Counted from the first letter of the whole stretch, positions 1-12,503 are shown. The stretch: DNA of 60,571 nucleotides, filler included, from Catajapyx aquilonaris (GCA_000934665.2; 2 parts of 2 records of this genome joined end to end with filler, not necessarily neighbours in it), one strand, 5' to 3'. Translations and numbers: made by a program. Notes: generated from the sequence alone by a model not told the origin.

Positions 1-669
1 GTGGCAGGAATACTTTTTTTCTTCACCCACGAATACTCGTGAGCTATTCTCTATTCAGTGAAAAACCATTCATCATCAAGGACAGCTGACGAACAAAAGA
101 CATCCTCCAGAGTCTAGACCCAGGAAGTCAGATTTTGTCGGTCGAATTAGCTGAAGGAACTCAATATTGTAACTTTACAAAAGAAAGTGACATTCAGAAT
201 ATTAAATTTTTGCAGCATTATTCTCCGGTTTACAGTTTGATGTTATGACACGAAATGCTAGTGTCCTCAAAGAGATATTGATATACAAATTTTTGCCTGA
301 TATAATAACTTAAGTAGGTCCTAATACTGTATAAAGTATGAACTTCATGCAAGGAATATTATTAATTTGTACAGTACAGCAGCTCGGTACATTTTACTGA
401 TAGATCTGTCATTCAAGAAGACTATAATATCGCTGTCAAGTTGTCATGCTGAATGCTTGGATTAGCCTATTGTTTATTTGTTGGTGTTTAGTGGGGGTTT
501 TTTTTTGGGGGGGGGGGAAGGGTTGCGCGAGAGGAATCTACGTTACAATAATATGTTTACTATAACATGCCCGATTTATATGCTATTAGTAGCCCCCTAT
601 TTGTCATGAAAATATGGACAGGATAAACAATCACACCAGAAGTTACTTTATGAGCAATACTCTTTGCAG

Positions 670-3091
670 GGGGACAAGTCGTTTAAGATTGACTGGAAAA
701 ATAACCAGTTCTTGTTAGATGGCAAACCTTTCCGTTATGTTTCTGGCTCCATGCATTACTACAGAGTGCCCCAAGGCCTCTGGCGAGACAGAATGAGAAA
801 AATGAAGCAAGCTGGGCTAAATGCTCTGCAAACGTGAGTATATAGCAAGGGAATCGGCAAATTGACATTTCGCATCAAATTCCACCTCCTTACTTCTCTA
901 TGCTGACTTAGGTATGTCGAATGGATATCTCATGAACCGCAGCCTGGAACGTACAATTTTGAAGGGAGTTTGAACCTGACTGATTACATCAAAACAGCCC
1001 AAGATGAAGGCCTTTTGGTCATACTCAGACCTGGGCCTTACATTGATTCGGAAAGAGATATGGTGAGTTGTTAAAAGTGGGGCTACTTATACAGTGTGAT
1101 CCAAAATGCTCGTCCGACTGCTAAAAATAAGCCGCCAAAAATTAGCCACAGTAATCTGTCAAGCATTTTGGACAACCCTGTATAAATGCCATAATATTGT
1201 TTAAATAATTTAAATAGGGCGGATTACCATTCTGGTTGCTCCGAGAAGATCCAACTATGAAACTGAGGACTAGTGATAAAAGTAAGTGATTCTTGTGTTT
1301 GCTAATGTGCATCTAAATTAGCAAATCAATAACATTTTAATGGCAGATTACATGAAATACGTCACACTTTGGTTTGAAAAATTGTTGCCAATGGTGAAGC
1401 CTCTCCTGTATGAAAACGGTGGACCAATCATAATGGTGCAGGTAATAATTTCCAATTCCTTATTCCTATCCTTCAAAAATAGTAAATAGCAAGTCAGATC
1501 CCGGTTTTACAGGTTGAGAATGAATATGGAGATTGGAGCGCGTGTGATTTTGAATACACGAGCAAACTTCGAGATTTGTTTCGACAACTATTGGGTCAAA
1601 ATGTAGTTCTCTTCACAAATGACAATCCTGCCCACGGCCCTCTCAAATGCGGAATAATCGACGAGTTATTAGCCACTTTAGACTTTGGACAAGGTAAGTT
1701 TGACATTGATGGTTTCCAAATGATGGTGATGATTATTGTTGAAACAATGTGCAGGTACCGATGTAAATGAGGCATTTCGGGTCCTACGCACTCACCAAAG
1801 CCGCGGTCCAAAAGTTGTGACCGAATTCTGGCCTGGTTGGCTCGACCACTGGGGTCATCCTCATGCACACGTGGACTCCAAAGCAGTGGTCAACACTCTG
1901 GACCAAATTCTGGCAGTAAATGCGTCTGTCAACATTTACCCATTTCACGGCGGCACTTCTTTCGGGTTTGGAGCAGGTGCCAACATGGGAGATGCGTACC
2001 TACCATGCCCCACTTCTTACGACTTCGACGCACCTTTGACCGAGGCAGGTGACCCGACCCAAAAGTACTATGACATAAGGGAAGTCATCGGAAAGTACAT
2101 GCCGTTACCACCCGGTCCAGTTCCGGGCCCTTCGCCGAAAGGGAACTATGGACGAGTGCAGATGAGGGCTTTGGGTAGTCTTTGGACACTTCTGGATGTG
2201 GTTTCTGGAGTAGGTGGTATAGACAGTGATTGGCCTATGACTTTTGAAGAATTGGGGCAATTTGGAGGATTTGTAGCATACCGCACAACTGTTGGTAAAA
2301 GGACGGCTGATCCGACATTGTTGGAGTTAAAGGGTTTAGCAGACAGGGCTTATGTTTTGCTTGATAAGGTAAGATAGGTGCGAAGAGTACTGGAAGGTTA
2401 TCATGTTTTAATAATTCGTTATCTCGTTGTAGGAATATGTGGGAACGTTGAGTCGCATGGAGAAAATTTATAGCTTGTCCTTGTTTGTAAGTAAAGGTCA
2501 AGTATTGGACATCTTAGTCGAGAACCAAGGCCGAATATGCTTTGGAGATGGGCTGAATGACATTAAGGTGGGAACATTGTCATGTGGAAGTTATTAGCAA
2601 TGAAATTTCATTACTCTTTCTAGGGAATTACTTCGAATGTGACCTTAGGCGGGAATGTTTTGAGAGGCTGGACCAATTATGCTATTCCATTCAACAGTAC
2701 GCGGCCAATGTTTAAGTTTGCTAGGCAAAGAGAACTTCTCAAGAAGGAGATGAAGATGACAAGTGGTGAGCGCGCCTTCTTTTTCGCTGGCAACCTGACC
2801 TTGCCAAATGAACCGGGCAATCCAAAGGACACCTTCCTCCGACTGGACGGGTGGACCAAAGGACTGGCCTTCATCAACGAGTTTAATCTGGGCCGATATT
2901 GGCCCGTCATGGGTCCTCAGGTGACCCTCTACGTGCCAAGGACTCTCCTGCTGCCGTACCCTCAGGTCAACATGATAGTGCTATACGAACAGGAAAAGGC
3001 CCCTTGTAGTACTTCAGAGACCTGTGAAGTCAGATTTGTTACAGTACCGGAGCTGAATGGAACTACACCTTACACTATGTATTGGCCATAA
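670..3091 (+). CDS. GLB1: Beta-galactosidase (GH35, GLB1-like), tandem copy 1; signal-peptide exon not resolved
   Basis: Exons 670-833, 912-1062, 1218-1281, 1347-1441, 1513-1693, 1755-2368, 2433-2567 and 2624-3091 have GT-AG introns and splice into one frame. GH35 motifs present: [28 protein letters not shown] (acid/base Glu), [12 protein letters not shown] (nucleophile Glu), TSYDFDAPL and NLGRYWP. A possible first exon (ATG 446, MLNAWISLLFICWCL) has only a weak donor. Confidence 0.95.
1092..1180. mobile_element. Small Tc1/mariner-type MITE in a beta-gal copy 1 intron
   Basis: Imperfect TIRs cagtgtgatccaaaatgct / agcattttggacaaccctg flanked by TA. It accounts for this intron being 155 nt versus 67 nt in copy 2. 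Confidence 0.7.
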
Positions 3092-3590
3092 TGTAGAAAT
3101 ATACAAGCACTGGAGAGAAACTTAAAATTGCACATCCTGTCTTATAATATTACTGTTGAACCAAAAAGTTGGGTTGAAATAAATTTTATGCCTGTAAAAT
3201 GTTGTAAGTGAAAGAACAATGAAGGAGTGCAGGGAATGTAATTAATCTTTTTCCATGAAATAAACATTTGTTCAAAAATGTATCTGTTAAAACCTCATTG
3301 ATTATGCATCACTGATCGATAGTGACATCGCATTTCCCTGGACAATAATAATTCATTCTGCATGATAAAGTTCGTCATTTCCACATTTTTCTGTAAGCAA
3401 CATTGGATATGCCTAATACTTTGAAATTCGGGACTGACATATTAAAGCAAAGCTATATCATTCATATCATAATTTTATAGGCTACATGTAACATGTTTCA
3501 TTGAATACGTAACATGACCGTTTGAGTGCAAACTGGATGTCTACAGGTATGATACAAATGACCTCTGCATCAGTTAAGATGCGAGTGTGC

Positions 3591-4486
3591 ATCTCACAAG
3601 GGAAGGTCACGGGGTGATAATGACGGATCTTGATGAAATTTAACATGCTAATACAGGTCAATATATGATACCCAAAAATGAAATATTTCGTGCGGAACCC
3701 CATATTTGCAAAAGTTATGACGTCTTAAAGTTCCAAAAATAAGACATTTTCATAACTCCATGGGATTACATTAGCGACCACATATAATGACATTGAAGTG
3801 TGTAATCAGTTTCTAGACCTTTTCTCATCGGAAAAAAGTCATACAGAACGGCTTTGGCCGTCCGTCCGTCCGTCCGTCTGTGGACAGGTGTCAAGGCCTA
3901 AACCGTAAGAGATAGCTCCAAACGGTTTTCATATTCGGATTGAGAGTGACCAAAATAGGTTTCACGGTCAACTTCTGGTGACCCGTCACTTCCGGTCTTC
4001 CGGGTTCACTCTATCCGCACAAGTCTACTTTACGGGCGGGTTATCGTTGGATTTCGAAGTTAGTTTCCGTGTTTTCCTGACCGTGTTTTTCGGGGATTTA
4101 CTCCGGGTTTTACCTGACTCTCTGGCACAGGGGCTCTGGAATTTATTCCTGACGTTGGACATGTTCGCAATGAGCGTCATCGGCCGCCATGATGTTATCG
4201 CCCAAGCCGATACTGGAATCGATATGTTGCCTAGGTTACAATATATCGATTCACATGCTCCCTGAAAGAATGAGAAAAGGTCTAGAAACTGATTACACAC
4301 TTCAATGTCATTATATGTGGTCGCTAATGTAATCCCATGGAGTATGAAAATGTATTATTTTTGAAACCGTGCAAATATGGGGTTCCTCATGAAATATTTC
4401 ATTTTTGGGTATCATATATATTGTCCTGTCATGATCAATTTCATCAAGATCCGTCATTATCACCCCGTGACCTTCCCTTGTCAGAT
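3591..4486. repeat. Long inverted repeat (arms about 3591-3828 and 4270-4486) around a Helentron/DINE-1-like core with a (CCGT)n microsatellite
   Basis: The arms are reverse complements, and the inner ~85 bp are nearly identical. The spacer carries ccgtccgtccgtccgtccgtctgt next to a short hairpin (gacctttt...aaaaagtc), a layout typical of HINE/DINE-1 elements. Confidence 0.75.
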
Positions 4487-4571
4487 ATGAGGCATGCTTA
4501 TTTATGTTCACAGTAAGTTCTGTGCTGATAGTCGACTTGGGCGTTCTGTTCAGCGAGTGATCAGTTGTAAA

Positions 4572-7245
4572 ATGCTTTGTTATAAAATATGTCTCGCCTT
4601 GTGTCTGATTATTCTCATGGATGCGATACAGGTAAGCCAGTCTTATATCATTATAATAAATATATCGCGTGCCAATTATATTTACGCCAGCAACATTATA
4701 ACAGGTTTTATTGCTTATTTCAGGCGGATCGGTCATTTGAGATTGACAGTAAAAACCACCAGTTCTTGTTAGATGGTAAGCCATTCCGTTATGTTTCTGG
4801 GTCTATGCACTATTACAGGGTGCATCAGGGACTTTGGAAAGACAGGATGCGAAAATTGAAGGCAGCTGGTCTGAATGCAATACAAACGTGAGTCTATCAA
4901 ACGTGCAGAAAAAGTGAGGTAATTGGGATATTTTATAACATACAATGGCGATCATATATTAGTTATGTCGAATGGGTATCTCACGAGCCACAGCCTGGTG
5001 TGTACAACTTTGAAGGAAATCTCAATCTCACTGATTACATAAAAATGGCTCAAGCTGAAGGTCTTCTGGTGATACTCAGACCTGGACCATACATCGATTC
5101 TGAACGAGATATGGTGAGCTGGTTATTTGAAGCATCTGAAACCACATAATCTGATGTGTTTTATTTCCATGCCAAAATAGGGCGGACTGCCATTCTGGTT
5201 GCTAAAAGTAGATCCAGGAATCAGACTGAGGACTAATGACAAAAGTACGTTTATGCTATATACCTGGATAAAATGTTAAATGAACTATTTAATTCACGCT
5301 TTAGCTTACACGAAATATGTTAAACTTTGGTTTCAAAAACTACTGCCAATGGTAAAACCTCTCCTCTATGAAAACGGGGGTCCAATCATTATGGTGCAGG
5401 TAATTTAATTAAAATTCCAACTTCATGAACATGCAACTGACACATGCACTTCGCAGGTTGAGAATGAATATGGCGACTTATCAGCTTGTGACTTTGATTA
5501 CACAAGCAGTCTGCGTGATTTGTTTCGCGAAGAACTTGGAGACAATGTGGTTCTATTCACAACCGATGGCTGGAATAAGAACACTCTTGTCTGTGGGAAA
5601 ATCGCTGAAGTATTAGCAACAGTCGATTTTGGAGCAGGTGAGAGACGCAAATAATTTGTACTGCATCATACAATATTTGGGTGTAAATGCTGCAGGTACG
5701 GATGTAAATGAAGCGTTTCGTACCCTTCACGTCCAACGACCCCATGAACCTACTGTCGTCTCAGAGTTCTGGCCTGGCTGGCTGGACAACTGGGGTTATC
5801 CTCATGCACACGTGGACTCCAAATCAGTGGCCAACACTCTGGACCAAATTCTGGCAGCAAATGCGTCTGTCAACATTTACCCATTTGAAGGCGGCACTTC
5901 CTTCGGGTTTGGATCCGGCTCGATATATGACGGCTCATTTAAACCATGCCCAACCTCATACGACTTCGACGCCCCTTTGACCGAGGCAGGTGATCCAACT
6001 CAGAAGTATTATGACATAAGAAAGGTCGTCGGAAAGTACCTGCCATTACCACCAGGTCCAATTCCCGGCCCTTCACCGAAAGGAAACTACGGGTCTGTGC
6101 AGATGAGGCCTGTGGGAAACCTATGGAGTCGACTGGAGATGGTTTCAGAAGGAGTGTTGGACAGTGATTGGCCTTGGACTTTTGAAGAGTTGGGACAGTT
6201 CGGAGGATTTGTTTTGTATCGAACCACTGTCCAGGAAAATACGGCCGATACGACGACGTTGGAGGTTGAAGGATTGGCAGACAGGGGTTATGTTTTCCTT
6301 GATCAGGTAAAAGGCTGTGCTGGAGCTTGGTATAGGTCACCGGGGAATAATTGTGACATTGTTGCAGAAATATGTTGGAACGTTGAATCGCATGGAAAGC
6401 ATCGATAGTTTGCCAATATACGCACGCAAAGGTCAATTGCTGGACATTTTAGTTGAAAACCAAGGCCGAGTGTGTTATGGCCCAGGACGAATGTATCAGA
6501 TGAATGATTTTAAGGTAACTGTATAACTCATTTAATTTTCTAATTAATAAAATTGTCACAATTTTATTAATTAGAAAATTAAATAGATTAAATAGTTGGC
6601 ATATGAAAATTGTTAAAATTAATTTGAGCTTCGATTCATGATCCCAGTTCAGTTTGATTGAAATTGCATTTTTATGACTGGTAACTTTATCGTACCCTAA
6701 TATATCCATCATACATGCAAGTAATTTTTAAAAGTTTAAAATTAGTTCCTACTCAAAGTCTCCTACTTATCATGTTCTGCATGTTTCAGGGAATTACCAC
6801 TGATGTGGTATTGGCCGGTGACGTTCTGACGGGATGGACTATGCACTCCCTACCATTCAACAACACTCGGACACTCTTGAAGTTGGCCAGCGATCATCAC
6901 CGTATTCATGACCAAATCCCCGATGGTGAACGCGCCTTCTTCTTCACTGGCAACCTGACCTTACCAGATGAACCTGGCAACCCAATGGACACATTCCTCC
7001 GACTGGACGGATGGACCAAAGGAGTGGCCTTCATCAATGGGTTCAATCTGGGCCGATATTGGCCAGCCATGGGTCCTCAGGTGACCCTCTACGTGCCAAG
7101 GACTGTCCTGCTGCCATACCCTCAGGTCAACACGATAATACTTTTTGAACTGGAAGAAGCTCCTTGCACTACTGCAGACACTTGTGAGGTCAGATTCGTA
7201 AAAAATCCAGAGCTCAATGGGACTACGCCCTACACTTGTGTATAG
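4572..7245 (+). CDS. GLB1: Beta-galactosidase (GH35, GLB1-like), tandem copy 2, about 642 aa, with signal peptide
   Basis: Exons 4572-4631 ([20 protein letters not shown]), 4724-4887, 4963-5113, 5181-5244, 5305-5399, 5457-5637, 5696-6306, 6368-6514 and 6790-7245. Intron positions match copy 1. Motifs [19 protein letters not shown] and [13 protein letters not shown] at about 7260. Confidence 0.96.
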
Positions 7246-7474
7246 CTTCGATACCTAAAAATAAATATGCCTATAATTCTGAATAATATAGATTCACAAT
7301 CTATAGCAAATTATTTTTCAGTAGTGAAAACGACATGTTTTATTTTACTATAAAATATGATATACCGTACATAAAATATTGCATCCCAATATAATTACCT
7401 TTTGTTCGAAAGAATTGCATTGTTCCGAAAGAATGGCATAAAGCATAAAGGTGTGTCACGAAGCGACCCTTTTA

Positions 7475-10400
7475 CTAACAATCGGTTTCATTCCATGGCT
7501 GAGTTGGTCCTTCAGATAACAATAGATCTCTATGATAACTCATGGTGCCACCCATTATCTCGAGTTTAGCGTATTTTCCATCTGGAAGTGCTTCTGAAAA
7601 CACGAATGGTATGGTGGGATTCGTGGGAAGATCAGAAGCGACGGAACTTTTCTGGACGTCAAATTTAAACGTATTTTCAGTGCTTGTAGGTTGCAGCGGG
7701 GCTGTCAAATATCCACTCGTCACGATGAGAGTATTTTCGAGGTATGACACGGTCATGTTTCCTGCGGAATATACAATACAATTGTACAAATAAATGGAAT
7801 TAAAGGTATATATTAAACCAATAATAAAAATTAGTAAGCCTGGTTAGGAATGTTCCAAAAAAATATCTACCGAATGCCAGATGTCCATAGTTTCCAACAT
7901 ATTTTTCGGGTGTGAACGGAACTGTGGTCTCACTGTCAGTCACATTTTGAAATTCATGGTTGTCTTGAAGTTTCTTGTTTTTCATTTCTTGTCCCAACTT
8001 CGCTACCCTTTCCTTCACTGTCGAGATATCCTGGCTGCCTAAAAATTAGAGCGAAGTTTGAATTTTCATCAAGTTATTAGGAATTAATTATTTTCCAATA
8101 TACAGGATCCCTAGTAGTTAGCAATTTTTGTCATCAAGGTGTTTTTTAAGCAGTTACATTTGCTGAGGTAGGAATAATTTAGGTAAGATTTTCTAAAATA
8201 TTTTCTGCTAATACGACAGTATTACAGGACTATTTCAACCTCAATCCAAGCTGTGAATATAATTATCATGATTAATATTTCCGATGGGGAATGGACCATT
8301 CCATTGGAACAGTTGGCATCGAATGTCAACGACAGAGGCAATTGTTGCAGGGTAAACCCTTTCTTCAAGATGATGGGTTCATAAAATGTAACAATAACGT
8401 CTATACTTTTGATAACTATAGTTGAAACGTGATATGCAGTAATGATGAGGAAAAGCAACTGCGTAAAAATAGGCGGATTTGTGCCAGGAAATTGCTGACC
8501 ACAAAGGCATTTCAGTTTAAACACGATCTGCACATACCTGTGACAATAGCAACAATGAAATCGTGCAAGTACGTGTGCATAGGGACTGAGTTCCAATTTG
8601 AAAGGCTCACAATTCCCATGTTGAGTTCCGGAACAAGCGTCATCTTGCTGGTATGCTCATTCCAAAATCCAGTGTGCATGATCTGCTTATAATCTTAACA
8701 TAATGAATTAGATGAATATGACGCTGGATGACACAATGGTAAATATTATTAAAAGATTTTCCCAGTTTCATAAACAAGGTACACCCAGAATAAGTCTGAT
8801 CGGTCTGATCCCATGCTATTAATATAGGATGAATTACTTGTTCATGATATATACCCTCGTTTATGAAACCAAGCCCAAGAAAACAACTTACTGTGAATCA
8901 TCCCAGTTAGAAAACCGAGACCATATCCATAAATAAACTCTTTCAGGGTATGGCCTTCTATTTCCATATTATAATCCAATGGTGGAATGACTGCTGTGTA
9001 CAGCTGCGTCATAATTTTCGAGTCAACCAGCCCTTGACCATGCTCCATATGAAACGTCATCCATTTCATCATATCGGAGGGCGTGGATACTATCCCTCCA
9101 CATGGATTTTCTGGTATGATTCGCCTGCCACAGAAAGCCTCATCGTTACGGTATGGCGAGTCAATCACTGACTCGTTATTACTAATGAGTATTACATTAC
9201 ATGGATTGCACAGCCTATACTTGTATGACAAGAAACACTTTTGTTAGTACTGGTATGTTTGCAGTGTCACAAACTTATTGCTATACATATTGTATAGCAT
9301 TAGTATAGGTAATAATAATGTAGCAATAATATTGCTACATTATTATTACCTAAACTAATGCTATATACAATATATAGCAATAAGTTATGATTGCCCCTGT
9401 GAAATATGTGTAGGATTTCACAGGGGCAATCACAACTGGCAATTACACATGACTGTGTGATATTTTTAGTCTTAATTAATTAATTTGATGTTTTAGTAAA
9501 TCAAGCTTTACTGTACATCATGAGGTTGATGTCAGTGGGAAGGAGTGTCGAGTTGGACCAATACGGCGTTGCAAAGTTGAGCTGATCAGCGTTTCGCACC
9601 ATGTCTTCTATCATGATCGTTTCAGTCATATTCAGAGGTTGAAGCAATTCATTTTTCACCTACGGTTATAGAAAAAACAATTTTATGTATATCTTGCATC
9701 ATCAATGGACGTGCTTTAATATTAAGTACGGTACTGTATATTATCACGCAATATTTGCCAATGGTATAATATACACACCAGCGTTTCCCATGTTTGTCCT
9801 GTGATCTGCTCGAGGACCCAAGCTGCCACAGTATATATTGCGTCATTGTATAAGAATTCACTTCTAAATGCACACGTTTCAGGCATATAACGCATGCGCC
9901 TATAATCATATAGTTATGTAACCAATAATAGCGATTATAACACTACTCTTTTAAATGCTGTGAGGATGAATATTAATGCATCATACACTTACCAGACGAA
10001 TTCATCGCGATCCTGTATGTATCCAGAGTTGAGATTAAAATGTTTGGGATCAATGCACGTCCGATGAGAGAGCATGTCTCTCATAGTGACGTGCATAGAA
10101 CGATACCTGAAAAAGTCAATGTCGACCATTATGCAAATTGGATTAGCATCATGCTACTTATTAGGATGAAGTTACTTGCCGGCCATGCAGATAAACACTT
10201 TTGTTTATTGGCAAAATATTTGCCACAGGTTCGTCCAAAGAGAGGTTGCGGGAATGGAAAATTTTTACCGCCAGTGTAGCAGTGAACGACTACAATATAA
10301 AAACTTGTGACGATTAACGTTCCACAATGCGATTTATATATAAATGTGAAAATGATTATAACTGACCTTGGTGATCGAAGCAATGCAAAATAGGGTGTCT

Positions 10401-10609
10401 TCAGTCACATTCTCGCTCTTTTCCACATTACGCAGTCCGTATCCGCGATTCCTTTCAATATTTCCGTTCCTAATAATTCCCAGGGAAAGACCTGGGACAC
10501 CGAAGCCTTCCATCAGCGATTCTGTAACATCGTCAACGTCGTTCCAAACGTCGCTGGATTGGCTCTGTACTAGCAAAAATATGATGACCGTTGCAACAGT
10601 AGAGAGCAT
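7475..10609 (-). CDS. Secreted beta-lactamase/penicillin-binding-protein-fold serine hydrolase (gigasin-6-like architecture), about 524 aa
   Basis: Exons 10609-10367, 10289-10180, 10106-9993, 9899-9779, 9659-9517, 9124-8892, 8693-8538, 8038-7871 and 7761-7475 give one open frame. Features: signal peptide, VPGLSLGI, LFCIASITKSFTATL (SxxK), TMRDMLSHRT, FLYND (YxN position), GGIVSTPSDMMKW, YGLGF, HTG triad and C-terminal YVGNYGHLAFG. Confidence 0.9.
9272..9432. repeat. Two adjacent intronic palindromes (about 115 bp AT-rich hairpin and about 45 bp hairpin)
   Basis: aacttattgctata...aatgtagcaat / attgctacatt...tatagcaataagtt, followed by tgattgcccctgtgaaat / atttcacaggggcaatca. Confidence 0.8.
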
Positions 10610-10829
10610 GATTTATTTTTGCAACCTCTTGACCTAAAATAAATTAGCCCATTATAATGGAGAAAAATGAAGCTGCCAACATAACATAGAGTCTGTAACT
10701 ATAACAGTGCTAATTACATCAAATCAACCTGTGTGTGGATATAGTAGTTGCTTGAAAGGCATTCTCTGGTGTATATAGTAGGCCTACAGTACAGTAGGCT
10801 ACCGTACGTTACATAAAGTAGCCTACATT

Positions 10830-11239
10830 TCATTTCATTTCATTTCATTTATTTTCCTCCCTGCCTCATTCTCGCAGGGAGGGACACACCAGAATTACAA
10901 AAATAATACATAGTATAACAATAGTGATACAGATACCAATATAGTTACAGAGCTCTCACATTATTTTTTACAGGTATGGTTTTTCCTCCGAGCCCAAGTA
11001 CACTTCTCCTTACTATTTAACAGTTTTTAATCCAGGCACCAATATAGGAAAAATAATAAAATAAAGCTTGCAATTGCGTAACTGAGGGGTTTAACAACGC
11101 CCTCCACATATTTTCCCGGCTGAACTCCATAAATTCTTGTCTTAATTTCCCCCTTCCACCCTCAAACAGCCTACATTCCCACCAAAGATGGTACCAATCA
11201 CCCGCATTTCCTTTATAGCATAAGCTACCGGTTCTTCCG
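10830..11239 (-). mobile_element. 5'-truncated non-LTR retrotransposon (LINE) 3' end
   Basis: 16-bp TSD taaagtagcctacatt at 10814-10829 and 11240-11255. The minus strand has a zinc-knuckle-like ORF2 tail (SLCY...DWYHLWWEC), a 3' stem-loop (ccctccctgc...gcagggagg), AATAAA and an (AAATG)n tail. Confidence 0.8.
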
Positions 11240-12503
11240 TAAAGTAGCCTACATTCGGATATGTAAATTATGTGCCGAAGGTTATAATATTCGTATATCT
11301 TGGAGAGCATCTTTTAATGTACCTGAATTTTTAACAGTTACAACGACATTTCATTATCGCCCGTAGACAAATAAGTGTGGATTTGTACTGTACGTCTGTA
11401 CTAGTACATGCGTGCATTATAATATTATTTCGTTTTTTGTTCCTATTTTGAACAAGTGTAGGAATAATGAAGAGTGCTTACATGCAGCATGTAATGTGCG
11501 TCAGTGCTGCGTGCGTGTAATTTGTGTTAAAGCATGTTTGCGTAACCCCCAGCAATGACGTGTTTTCATTCAGGCGTAAGTTATATGATACTTACTGTTA
11601 GCAACTTGGGAAGGTCGAAGTGTATTTTGAATTTGAATTATGCAATATTCAAAATGTACGTTGTACTGCTAGCTGCTTATAATTTACAGTTGTATTTTTA
11701 GAAATTCTTCTTGCTGAAAAGATCCATATTATGCAGCATGATGTGTTTAATGTATCCCATAATATTGGGAAAAAACCCAAACCAGCAAATCCAACAGTGT
11801 AGAGTACCAGCCAGATTGTTAATATAATAAGCACAGAAGTATACAGCCTATAGAAAGTTCTTTACGATAAATTAATAGCACTGGAGTTGACTACCCTACC
11901 TGAAGTGAACAAATCACAGCAGCTACTGTCGCGTGTGTCACATCCAAGAGGGATTGTATCATTCGAGACCTTGTGGATTCGACCGTGTCCCATGCGTGTT
12001 TTATAATGTGTAAGGTCACTCGGCGGAAACGATAGCTGGGCCCTTCTTCCTCGCATGTGCATAAGCGTCGTATTACAACATTGCACAAGATGGATTACCC
12101 TGCCCATATCATGTAGTCAAAGCTACACCTTCCAATCTTCCACATAAATATAGCAGCCGGCTGCTGTAATGTACAAATCCCCATACTAAGTGGGGGTGGA
12201 TTGAGAACTTATGAATTATTATTTACTCCAGTCACCAAATTAAATTAAACCAGTAACAACATGGCTGTAAGTGTAAAGCAACACCCTGCACGACACATCA
12301 TTGTGAAGAAGGGCTGATATGGTCTTGTGGTGTAGTGCCAAAAAATAACGTGCAGGCTACATAGAGTCAAAATTTGACAAGGGATCGTCCTACATAAGCA
12401 ACGTAAGCTGTTATTGATCACCCTGTATACAGCCTTCATGTGACGAAAATGTTTGATCAATAACTCTACACCGTCAGAAGTTCACAATCAGAAGTCCTCG
12501 ACA

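Noticed and set aside
446..490. Possible signal-peptide exon of beta-gal copy 1
   Set aside because: Hydrophobic and phase-compatible, but the donor (TTA|gtgggg) is weak and lies beside homopolymer runs; left out of the model.
4311..4784. 157-aa minus-strand ORF
   Set aside because: Spans the inverted-repeat arm and the antisense of beta-gal exons; no recognisable motifs.
7475..10609. Bacterial contamination or an antibiotic-resistance gene
   Set aside because: The gene has eight spliceosomal introns and lies between host genes.
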